Shown piece by piece: positions 40,082 through 51,592 of a DNA stretch of 64,000 bases. Within the stretch, counting starts at the first letter, position 1. Each line of letters opens with the position of its first letter. This DNA is from Octopus bimaculoides. Its lineage: Eukaryota. The notes under the pieces are model-generated. The model worked only from the letters and a program-made list of their open reading frames with translations. It did no database searches and had not been told where the DNA came from. The position numbers and the translations under genes were made by a program. The DNA is taken from positions 21,170,475 through 21,234,474 of the forward strand of contig NC_068994.1 of NCBI RefSeq assembly GCF_001194135.2, written 5' to 3'.

Positions 40082-41220
40082 GGTCCTACTAAAACACACC
40101 GGAAGATTGATCTGGATATATTAATATATTTTTACTAATCAGTTAAGACTTGTGCACACCGTAGGCTTGTTTAATTTTCGGCAAATGATTTATACACCGG
40201 TAGATAATGTTTAATTGCTTTGTTTTTGCGTTCACGGCTGTAAAACAGGTCACACTCTGCTTTGCGTCTCAGCTGTCCTTGCCTAGTATCTTCAACAGTT
40301 AGTTATACCGTCGATGTTTGCGTCATGGTATCTTCCTCGAGAATACTCAAGCACGCACCGAAGTATTCATGTGGTGTTTGCATACGGAGCTGCGGTTATG
40401 AAAGCGTTTTCTGCTTTGTGTGTTGGTTATAATTCCACAAAGACTGCGAGTACCTCTCAACTGCGATGTTGTCCGCGTTGGAAAGTAACGTCAACGATTA
40501 CGTGTGCGCTTCATGCTGCCGTAGGGATAACACATTTGACTACGAGGAGTCACTAGGTCGACTGTCGCCCGCGAAAGACTTCGCCGCTTTAGAGACTGCC
40601 ATCGTGATGGAATCGATCTTGTTACAAAATGTGCCAAGATCCGATGAGCCTTTTTTGTCACCGAAAATCGAGAGCGCAATCGACGATAAATCCAAGCTAT
40701 AGCTTCTGACGTCCGATGAAGTATCCTATATTCCTGTCCACGTTACAGCGGAAGGTAAATGTTTGTTTCACGCTGTGTCCGTGCACGTCTACAGCAATGA
40801 GCTGCATTCAAATAAATTGCGTGTGCGAACCTGTATCGAGTTGGTGAAACAATGCCGTTAATACGCTTTTTAGATTGTTCATGATATAAACAGAGCAACC
40901 TTGAGGTTGATCATGTTCATAACTTCATAGCTAAAAAGATTGTCATTTGTGGAGCTGCAGGCTGTGCATACAAGAGGTGTGCCACGTGTACCTACTGTAA
41001 TCATTGTTAAGAAGAAGAAAAAAAAGTTGTATTATTCTCAAATTATTGTGTTTTTCTCTGTGACACATCGTTGCCTTGATGACAAGTCTACGGTGTGTTG
41101 AAATCATTCTCCGACTTAATCCGAAAGTCTAACAAGTCTATGGCGTGCACAAGTCTTAACTGATTAGTAAAAATATATTAATATAGCAAGATCAATGCGC
41201 CGGCGTGTTTTAGTAGGACC
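40082..41220 (+). mobile_element. Non-autonomous TIR element carrying a decayed PHD plus OTU-like gene
   Basis: 90-bp TIRs (40082-40171 and 41131-41220), 81/90 identical by manual alignment, beginning GGTCCTACTAAAACAC. No TSD found. Confidence 0.8.
40325..40861 (+). pseudogene. PHD finger plus OTU/vertnin-like cysteine protease pseudogene
   Basis: Single frame from ATG 40325: YSCGVC..SVFCFVCWL*FHKDC..DYVCASC (C4HC3), then after a second in-frame stop IPVHVTAEGKCLFHAVSVHVY..KLRVRTCIEL (OTU G-D-G-N-C-L-F-like motif). Confidence 0.7.
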
Positions 41221-41348
41221 GGTCAGTTTACAAATGCTCACGAAATTAGTTTTTCTCTCCGGAAGTTTTAGATATAGAAATATTTCTAGACGCATTAAAA
41301 TAACATTAAATATTAATTGAAAGAACGGTCAATATACAGTTTAAGCTC

Positions 41349-41904
41349 NNNNNNNNNNNNNNNNNNNNNNNNNNNNNNNNNNNNNNNNNNNNNNNNNNNN
41401 NNNNNNNNNNNNNNNNNNNNNNNNNNNNNNNNNNNNNNNNNNNNNNNNNNNNNNNNNNNNNNNNNNNNNNNNNNNNNNNNNNNNNNNNNNNNNNNNNNNN
41501 NNNNNNNNNNNNNNNNNNNNNNNNNNNNNNNNNNNNNNNNNNNNNNNNNNNNNNNNNNNNNNNNNNNNNNNNNNNNNNNNNNNNNNNNNNNNNNNNNNNN
41601 NNNNNNNNNNNNNNNNNNNNNNNNNNNNNNNNNNNNNNNNNNNNNNNNNNNNNNNNNNNNNNNNNNNNNNNNNNNNNNNNNNNNNNNNNNNNNNNNNNNN
41701 NNNNNNNNNNNNNNNNNNNNNNNNNNNNNNNNNNNNNNNNNNNNNNNNNNNNNNNNNNNNNNNNNNNNNNNNNNNNNNNNNNNNNNNNNNNNNNNNNNNN
41801 NNNNNNNNNNNNNNNNNNNNNNNNNNNNNNNNNNNNNNNNNNNNNNNNNNNNNNNNNNNNNNNNNNNNNNNNNNNNNNNNNNNNNNNNNNNNNNNNNNNN
41901 NNNN
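41349..41904. other. Assembly gap followed by poly-A
   Basis: N run. Small gaps also near 23803-23812 and 28946-28954. Confidence 0.99.
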
Positions 41905-44605
41905 AAAAAAAAAAAAAAAATTCTGCGGGTAGGGAGAGGAGCTTCAAAAAGTTCACACGAGTCGGATTTGTTTCAGAAAAATGGATATAGCGTACACTTG
42001 AGTGAAATTCCTCTCCTCTCTATTATATATACATACATACGAACGTAGTAGATAACAGCTAGCCTTTGGCCGCATTTTTGAACCCTGTTGTGTCCACTAT
42101 GATTGTTTGGTATTGGCCCAATCTGTCGCTTGCTCTATCGCGTGCCAATATGCAACCCAACCAATCGCAGCCTTCAAATAAGATCACTGTGACAGCCTGT
42201 TTTCTACAACAGCTCCTTATAAAAAACCTAACTTTTCCTCGTCTCGACGTCATTCGGTTCCAGACATTTTAAGGTTTGGCCACTGACCACACAAGACACC
42301 GCCAGTTCCAGCGACAACACAACAGCAGCCACGTGGAGACTCATCAACTTCATCCAACAGCATTATAGCGACCTCCATTCGTCCTAACGTCAACATCTCT
42401 CTACGTACACAACTCAACAAGCAACTCACCCAGGTTATAACACTGCACTGTTCGTGAACTACTTCACCATGGATCAACAGCGAATATACAACCTGCGAGA
42501 ACTCCTGTACCAAGTGACCCAGGCAGCAGCGTCACAGCCACAACTTCACGTACGACATGTACCGCAACCGGCTCTGCATCATCGCCGCAACTTCTTGATA
42601 CAGTATTTCAACTATCGCGTACAATTGACTACGAACTGATGTTTATCATTCTTGTGTCTCTGAACTTACTCCTCACTTCGATGGCTACAGACTCTTTCAC
42701 TGTTATCTTCGTCGCCATCCTTGTATGTTCTTAACGTGCATACATCTATGCCTACATACACACGCATACATCTTATTCTTATGATAGCCTTTCTATTATT
42801 CTGTATATATGACGCACACACAATCACACATGTTAAAATATCAATAAATATTCTCTTAAACATTCTACCCGGTTGTGTTTCTTATTTCTCTCTGGCACAT
42901 ATATGCAGTGTTCTATTTATATTAATTGTATCAACCGTGTGATGTACTAAGGAGTCATTATCATCACCTCGCTTCGCACGGACATCACTAACCGGCGACC
43001 CGTTCCAGATCCTTGAAACTACAAAACAATTATAATGGGAAAAGGAGATACTTCACAGGTATCCAACACAGGTATCCAAACCTTCAATTCCATTATATGG
43101 ATATATTTTTATGAAATTTTCTACAAATACATTTCAGAGCGTATAGATTGCAATTATATTGGATTTCAATATTTAAAAAATGTTGAACATGTATACTGAC
43201 ACACATTACAATTTATTTTGTAGATATATGTGTCAGTATGTATGTGTACGTGTTCACCATTTTTTTTCTTCTTCTTTTCATATAAAATTCTGATATAATC
43301 GTAACCTACATACTCTAAAAGGTATTTGTGAAAAATTTCATTAAAAAGTATTTATTTTTCTGAAAGTTGTGAGGAAACAAAGCTGACTCGTGTGAATTTT
43401 CCGAAACACCTCTTCCTACTCATGGAAAAATGTCTTTTCACTACAAATTCCGATATCATCGGAATCGCCACCATCTGAAGCGTATTGAAAATTTCATAAA
43501 AACACATCCATCTTTCTGAAAATTATGAGAAAAGTTGGGATGGCACATTTGTGTAGGTATGCCGACCACATCAAACCCACTTGGCTTTCATACCTCTCTC
43601 CCCTTTCCTCCACCCGCCTCTCGTCTGCTAGTGACTTCTTCAGCTCTCTTTATTACTGAGATTTCCTGATCTCAGTTGGATTTAGAAATTCTGTTAAAAT
43701 TGTTCAGAATTTGTGCAGCACTCCCAGATCTTAACGCCCTAAGCGATCGCTTTGTTTACCTAGTGTGTAACGCCAGCTCTGCACTCAACTAAAAGTGTTT
43801 ATCGGTGATTTCATGCGGGAAAATTTTTGAATGTATGTATGACTTTGGTATAAGAGACAAAAAAAAATACGACGGGTCCAGAATGGAAGTTTTGTTGACG
43901 TAGAAGTTACGAAAGACTTTCCTATAGTTGTCCAAAGTTCGCTGAAGTTACGTTCCAATTTTATAGTATGCTAACAGCTTTTGGGCACTTAATCATTTTA
44001 GCGTGGATTTTTTTTAAAAATACAACTTTTTATCATGATATTTAGAAAATGGTCTTCAAATTCCTGTTTTAAACTTCAAAGATTCAGAAGAGGCAGGTTT
44101 TAAATCAAAAACTACTTCAGAACGGGATTTTAAACCACTTGCTTAAAAAATATACTTCGTTTGCATTTGATGCATACATTTTGCCAGCATTTGAAAGCAT
44201 TAGTTTCACTTAAAAATACGACTGTTCCAGTTTCAATTTATTAAGACATAGCGTAGATTCGAACCTGAATCTGCCAATTTCTTAACATTGCAACAACACT
44301 TTTCTCACAGAAAAGCAATTGTGACAGCAGTTACAATGAACACATGGCCCTCGCTAAGCCGATTTATATCTTTGTCACTTGACCCTTCTAAGCTCTAATA
44401 TGCAGTGGAGAGTTGAATTGAGACAACAGTCGACCCCCAAAGAATGTCTTTTGTTTTCTGCAATATACCTATTTTTCTATCTACTTTTGTATAGTTATAA
44501 ATGCGAGAACTCTGTAAACCAAAGTCAGTGAGAACCGAGTTGGTCGACCGGCTGAACGAAACACCGACTCTGAAAAGGCACAAGGGGACAACTATGGTAA
44601 CTCAC

Positions 44606-45616
44606 CAACGAAGCAGTTGTTTCGTCCCACCACTCGCACCTTCACTAGCGCACTTTCTTTTTTCCTGCTGCTAGAATGACGAGAATATAAACACAAACTA
44701 TACAAGGAAAATCTACGATATTTCTTTTTACCTCGCATGCTTTACGAATTACATTATAACAACCCGTCGTGGTTTGGCTATATACAAAGTAATGGTAGAT
44801 AAACGTTTGTTTATAACTTTGATCACTGTTCTTCTTTCATCTTGCACATCTGCAACGTCAACACCCATTACAATTGGTAACTGCTAACAATCAACATACA
44901 TCATTATATTTACCGTTAAAACTGGCAACCGCCGACTCCAACACATATCCTAAAATATATCGTTACACACATAAAAACATCCCTACGCGCGTTTCCACAA
45001 AATGCATGTTTTTTGCGATCATAATTCGCATCCTTAGGATGATTACAATACAGTTGGTAATATCCATGAATATTATGGTGGGTTTTTATTCATGCATTTA
45101 TTTCTTCAGGCGATGATTTGTTCCGCCCAAGTAGCACTGACAGCAGTAGATATATGACTACCTTGTTACTTTTGCTGTCGCGAATGTAGTAAAGCTAATA
45201 AACCCCTTGGAAACCCGTAACTAATGACGCTATTGTCCACAAAATGCGATATATATAAATTCAGATGAATATGGTACTTAAGTTGAGGCACTACAATTTA
45301 GTACGGTATTATCCATACAATTTCAAAGTAAGGTGATTAAAATCAAATAAGCAACAAAGATATCGTCTGGATATCCTTGTTGCTTATTTTGATAGATATA
45401 TGTATATATATATATAACACATGCGCACTCTCACAAATACGAAACTGAGGGATATATATCTATATATATATATAATACTCAGAGAATATCTGAAGTGCTA
45501 CATATATGTGCATGTTCTGTGCAAATTAATAGATATATTATATTCTATATTTTTATGGACAGTGAATATGACCTTTGAAAAGTCAAAACCAAGTCACATT
45601 TGCATTAAAAACTAAG
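44606..45616. promoter_or_regulatory. Candidate bidirectional promoter between TMEM230 (-) and COX15 (+)
   Basis: CpG-rich. A strong minus-strand donor TTG|GTGAGT at 44606/44605 suggests a non-coding first exon pointing away from the COX15 ATG at 45617. The TSS is not directly observable. Confidence 0.4.
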
Positions 45617-45790
45617 ATGTCGGCTGCGGTATTATTATGTCGTCGTACTCCACTATGTTGCAGAAAATACATTCTAAATTTTGGAAAAAATCAAACACAA
45701 ATAAATTTCACAGGGAGAACAGTTATTTCTCACTACGAGAACATACCTAAAGTAAATATTTTTCATAAACAAACTCCATCTCAGCTTCTG
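45617..45790 (+). CDS. COX15: Probable COX15 exon 1 (mitochondrial presequence, 58 aa)
   Basis: aagATGTCG start; MSAAVLLCRRTPLCCRKY... is basic and nearly acid-free; canonical CTG|GTAAGT donor in phase 0, compatible with the next exon. The sequence itself is not conserved, so the assignment is inferred. Confidence 0.65.
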
Positions 45791-46870
45791 GTAAGTTATA
45801 TTTTTTCGTAATCTCACTGGACATGCTAAAGGTTTTAGGCGCTCACCTCGAATTCCTGTACTTATTTTATTGATTTATATTTATCTAATGCGTAAGCACT
45901 TTTTTTTTTTGACAAACCACTGGGTGTTTTTTTTAATTTTTAAACATCGGTAAATATAAACATACATATACGACGGGCATTAACAGTTCACGTCAACCAG
46001 ATTCTTACAGGGTATTGTCAATTAGAGGATACAAAAGAGAACATCGTGCATTAACTTAATTGTACCTCTGTGATTGCGTATAAAATATATTTCGGCGATC
46101 TTTCGATTCGCGGATATGTAAGTGCAAGAATTAAAATGAGACCTAAAGCACTAAGGTCAATTAAATTCGTTTATAGTGTGATTTTGTAATCATTGCTTAC
46201 ACACCGGTTGCTCAGTTGGTTCTGTGTGTAAATGATTACTTTAAGTTATATACAAAATTAACCTTGTTATCTTGAACCACCGAAACGAATAAATGCTTAC
46301 TAGTATGGTATAATTGGAAATTACTGCTTTCATTCTCAACAATTTCGTTTACATAACCTAAACTGTTCGCAAATTTTATTTATTTTCTTCAATAAATCAT
46401 AATTACTTAATTTGTGTTACTCTTGCTTTTTTGTCAATATTTTACATAATATATTTGCGAGGTGTTATGACAAAAATTCGGAATATAGTTGACAAATACA
46501 GTAGAAATATACAAATGTGACTCATATTTCCCTTTTCTTATAACATTGAATACTTCGTGTAATTGTAAGAAATTATGTAACTTTAGAGGAAGTTATATAA
46601 CTTGAAATTGTATGACTTGAGATGAAGTTGTATAACTTGAAATGATACGCTATGTATGTTGTTTAAGAATAATAAATGTGCAGGTGTGACTCGTTAAGAA
46701 ACTTTATTTGCTACCACATGATTTGGGGGTTCAGTGTGCGGCACATTGAGAAAGTGTCTCCTGCTATAGCCCCAGACCGGTCAATGCCTTGTGAGTGAAC
46801 TTGGTAGGCAGAAAATGTAGTAGCCCATCGTTTGTGTGTTCATGCGTAACGGGTTAGAGGCGGAGGTTTG

Positions 46871-48062
46871 GATCAGGACGCCACATAAGTTGAATTTACT
46901 CCGTTTTGAAAGGGAATTTTTCCGATTTTTCTTTTTACCACAGCCTTCGAAATGATGGGGGCGAAGCTTTTCGTGAAAAGAAAATTTATAATTTTTTTAT
47001 CCCACCTCCTCTTCTCGTCCCATCCGGACTGATTTTGGCCTTTTTTTCTCTCATTACGCACTTAAAAGCAATGGGAGAAGCCTTTTCGGTAAGAGTAAAA
47101 AAAATTTTGGGTAATTTTTCAGATTAATACCCGCACGATTACCCAACCCTAACCCTAAAACCGTAACCCTGATCCTAACCCTAAAACCCTAATCCTGACC
47201 CTAAAATCCTAACCCTAACGCCCTAGTGAAAATCGTGCGGGTGTTAATCTGAAAAATTACCAAATTTTGAAAATATTTTCAGGAGAAAAGGTGTGTGATT
47301 TAAGGAAGCTATTATTTCTAGCACATCCTACGACCATTTTGTACCTTCCGCGTTTCTTCCTCCACCCCTCGGCACCAAGCGAGTCTCTGTGTTTTTGTGT
47401 AAGAAAAGACATATTTATATACAGAAAAGTATATATTATGAAAAAAAAAAAAAAAAAATTGAAAATTTATGATCCTGTCCTCCATTTGTTTTATTTTATA
47501 ATTTTAAAATATTGGAGGGCCTGAAAAAGTCATTGCTGAGATTTTTCCACAATGATTTTTAAAAAAAAGATAATTTATTTTTATAGCATACTTTTTTGTT
47601 AGTAAATATGTTTTTTCTTACAAACGGACTTACTTGGTGCAAGGGGAAGGGATTAAAAATTTAAATTACAAATTTATTCTTGTTGCTTAAATCCTATCAA
47701 TGGACCACCATTCCATACAGCTTGTTCATGTTGAAAAATATTGAAAAATATCAATACATGTCAGTGACAAAGAGATGAGGAAGGTTGAAGGATGTGCTAG
47801 AAACAATAGCTAAATCTACCTTAAATCACACACCTTTTCTGCAAAAAATATTTTCAAAAGTTTTTTTTTTTTACCAAAAAGGCTTCTACCATCGTTTTTA
47901 AGTGTGTAAGTGCCAAAAAACTGGCCAAAATCGGTTTGGGTGGAGAGGAGGCGGAGGGGCTGAAAAAAAAAATCAGAAATTTTCCTGCCATCATTTCACA
48001 GGCTGTGGTGAAAAAATACCCCTCAAAAAGAGGAAAATCCAACTTATGTGGGCGTCCTGATC
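46871..48062. mobile_element. Foldback/MITE with long (~300 bp) imperfect inverted arms
   Basis: GATCAGGACGCCACATAAGTTG pairs with CAACTTATGTGGGCGTCCTGATC. 46871-47109 pairs with ~47865-48062, and 47266-47330 pairs with ~47790-47860. Confidence 0.75.
47110..47261. mobile_element. Merlin-like MITE with a telomere-like (CCCTAA) core
   Basis: 31-bp TIRs GGTAATTTTTCAGATTAAYACCCGCACGATT (30/31 match), exact 8-bp TSD AAATTTTG (47102-47109 and 47262-47269), GG terminus. The interior is degenerate CCCTAA repeats. Confidence 0.75.
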
Positions 48063-48539
48063 TGAAACTCTGTCTGTTACAGATAGGTGTAATGGATACA
48101 TTGATTATTAGTATTAATAGTAGATTAATTAAAATTTCATGGGACTGTGTGCACCAAATGAATTAACAGAAAGAAAAAAGTAGATTCTTACAGATTTTAT
48201 TTAGCTGTCACATTTCAACAATGTACAGTTACTGTAGTAGTCAGCTGTTTTACAGTGGTAAGCAGATGTTAATAACAAATTGGATGACAGTTATGGACAG
48301 CAGCCATATACCCATGGTCAAGTGCCTGGTAAAAGAGAGATGTTTCTCCAGCAAGGTGCCAGGTGAAAGACAGAGAAGTCTGTTAACTCTGCCAATTGCC
48401 GTGTAACAGAGACAAGCTCCTCCTGCAAGATGCCAGGTGAAAAGTGAGACAGAATTCTGTTTGGATTCTGTATTTATACATTTTTGAAAGCCGGAAGTAG
48501 GTTGGGAGAACAAAAGATGATGTTTATCTGTGCTGGAGA

Positions 48540-49910
48540 GAGGGTGGGAGCCATCAGGAGGAGCTGTAAAGTGATAAAATCAGTGGTAATGAAGTCTCAA
48601 GGTGGACGCTCAAAGTATGAGGTGGGTGGGAATGAATGGAGCAGAAGAACCAGGAATGGGTCGATGGAGTTTGTAGGATCGTATTGGGGGTTGAGAGATG
48701 GGGAAATGGGTGACCACTGATGTGAGAGTTAAGAGGGAATGGGGTAGGGGGATAGGGGATGACTAACAGAGCAGAGCAGTAGAATAGTAATGATGAGACA
48801 ATAGTTGGAAGGACAAGAAATATGGCATGATGTTGGGTAGGTTGTAGGAGTGGATGGGAAAGAAGCAAGCATAGTGCATGCAGAGGGTAAGAGACATGGT
48901 GATAGGGAGAGAATTTGGTGGCGTGGAGTGTGATCAAGGAATGTGTGGATGGAGAGAATTGTATTTATGGATGAATGAATGGATAACAAGCGAAATGATA
49001 TCGAGGAAGTGCTGCAATTAGGGAGGTGATGGGTGGCCTGAAGAGGAAGGGAATTGAGTGAAGAACCCTGTTGACAGATATACATGGACATACAGTTCCA
49101 CCAGAACTTGCCAAGGTGGGTGAGTTTTTCTCAAGAGCCACATATCCCCAATTACTACAGCCCTTTGTCATCTCCTCTGTTGGCTACAAGGTCCTGAGAT
49201 CAGCTTTTTCCACTTCGTCTCATGTCTTTTGGGGCCTCTTTCTTCCACAAGCTCCATCCATATTAAGTGATCTTCATACAACTGTCCTCATCCAAATACA
49301 TCACATGTACATACCAACACAGTCTTTTTTCTCAGCACATTTGTACTGTCTTTCATGCACACTTATGTTGCACATCCAACAGAGCGTGGTTGTCTCATTT
49401 CTTTCCAATTTTTTCAAATACTCTGCATTCAAGGCCCACGTCTCACTACCATGCAGCATTGCATTTCTAGCATGAGTGTCTAAGTGTCATACGGTCTACC
49501 CTTCATTTTAATAAAAAAATAACTTCATTGTTAGCAACAGTAGTAGTTTCCTGAACTTTCTCCAATATGTTTTTACTTTGGTTACTATACTTTCAGAGCA
49601 ACCACCTCCCTTGCTATAATTACATCTCCTGGGTAGCAAAAGCTGATAACTATTTCAAGTGAGGCATCTGGGAATTTAACAGAAACTGTTTCTGGTGTGC
49701 TTATAGTACTTACTGCTCCAGTGCATCTACCACATACAAAGCTTATGTTCTCTGATAGTCAGTCTGTGGTTCCACTACACTTTTTGTATGTCCATATCTT
49801 ACATTAAGTACAACATATGAAGTTTATACTGACTCCTTTCTGCATATTAAGCTTGGCCTTTTCCCTGTAGGTAACAGAAAATTTATTGTGGATGGCTTCC
49901 AGATCATTTT
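48540..49910 (-). mobile_element. Decayed RTE LINE fragment with pyrimidine-rich 3' UTR
   Basis: Reverse complement of MLHGSETWAL..RGRPQKTW; 48540-49070 is homologous to 17090-17650. Confidence 0.7.
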
Positions 49911-50534
49911 AGAAAGCAACTATTTTATAATCAGTAACACAGAACAAAACTCACTCCATTATAGACCAACTTAGTTATGGAATACATTGAATGGAAAATC
50001 TATGAACAATTCTCACAAATATATGGAGATGAATTCAGGTCTCGTCAACAACATAAACCTTTGCATTCAACTTGCTATGAAGTGCAGTAACAATAAACTT
50101 TTAGATATACCAGTAAAAATAGAAACTGCACAGACATATACTTTAAATCCGCCTACTCATGACAACATATAGAAAATTGTGAGTGATAGGTCTTCCCATT
50201 CTATCACTGTAGCAATCTTCAACAAAACAATATAGAAGTATATTTTAACAACAGAAACATAGTGCTTTGAACTTTAGTTAGCATGCATCACTGACTTATA
50301 TTTGCATATCTTGAAATAAAAAGTAAATTCTAATTACAGAGTAAACCCTTTTTGTGTAAAATAAGCATTTTGGTAAAAAATACACTGTTACTTTATATTT
50401 CTGTCTGAGATTTAAATTAAATGTCCTTCTTCTCAGAATAAAAACAAGCTACTTTGTATGAGTAAAAATATAACTTTCTGAAAATAATAATGGTATGTCT
50501 TTATGGAATAATGGTATGTCACTGGATGGAACCT

Positions 50535-50770
50535 TGGATGAGTATTTTCTACTATAGCCTTGGATCAACCAAAGCCTTGTGAGTGGATTTGGTAGATGGA
50601 AATTGAAATAAGCCTGCTGCACGCGTGTGTCTTTGCATCTGTGTTTGTCCCTAATCACCATTTGACTGTTGGTGTGTTAAGGTTCCTGTAACTTAGCAGT
50701 TCAGCAAAAAAGGCCAATAGAACAATGCTCCAGTGTGGCCACAGTCTTATGACTGAAACAAGTAAAGGAA
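50535..50770 (+). mobile_element. SINE family A, 5'-truncated
   Basis: CCAAAGCCTTGTGAGTGGATTTGGTAGATGGAAA...GACTGAAACAAGTAAAG. Confidence 0.7.
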
Positions 50771-50895
50771 GATATGATACTTTCTGCTTCAAAGAAAACT
50801 ATTTTTCCTGTTTCTACCAAGTACTGCCAAAAGTTATTTTACTTTCATTCACTATACCAATCTCTGTCAAGTTTAGTAGTTTCACTTTGTAGTTC

Positions 50896-51352
50896 ATCAT
50901 CATCATCATCATCGTTTAACATCCGCTTTCCATGCTAGCATGGGTTGGACGATTTGACTGAGGACTGGTGAAACCAGATGGCTACACCAGGCTCCAATCT
51001 GATTTGGCAGAGTTTCTACAGCTGGATGCCCTTCCTAACGCCAACCACTCCGAGAGTGTAGTGGGTGCTTTTACGTGCCACCGGCACGAAAGCCAGTCAG
51101 GCGGTACTGGCAACGGCCACGCTCAAGATGGTGTATTTTATGTGCCACTCGCACAAGAGCCAGTCCAGGGGCGCTGGCAACGATCTCACTCGAAAGTCCT
51201 TACACATGCTATGGGCACAAGTGCCAGAAAGGCGACGCTGGGCACAGGTGCCATCCCGATTTCGCTTTCGCTTGCCCCAATAAGTCTTCGCAAGCTGAGT
51301 TTCGTGTCCAATGAAGGAGACTACGTTGGCATGGGTGCCAGTCGTCGAATTT
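50896..51352 (-). repeat. RTE 3'-UTR-derived repeat (single internal unit)
   Basis: Highly similar to 21492-22075. Confidence 0.8.
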
Positions 51353-51371
51353 AACAAAAGATTATCTTAAC

Positions 51372-51592
51372 CCATTACCATTTAAACCAGCCATCTTTGG
51401 CCCAAATGTTCTATCTATTTTATGTTCAAACCAGCCAGATCCAGTCTCTCACAACTACCCTACAAAGTCATTCTAAAAATATGCAATCACATCATTGAAA
51501 TTTCAAAGCTATGTGATAAATGCATGACAAATTTAAAACAATATGAATGAAAAAGTATTACATTTGATAGAGTAATCTGAATGCTAAAGGGT
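51372..51592. mobile_element. piggyBac-like MITE, third copy, opposite orientation
   Basis: TTAACCCATTACCATTTAAACCAG ... CTGAATGCTAAAGGGTTCAA; reverse complement of the 14.3-kb copies. Confidence 0.65.

Noticed and set aside
47141-47230. True telomere or chromosome fusion site
   Set aside because: Short, degenerate and enclosed by TIRs and a TSD within an intron; better explained as MITE interior.
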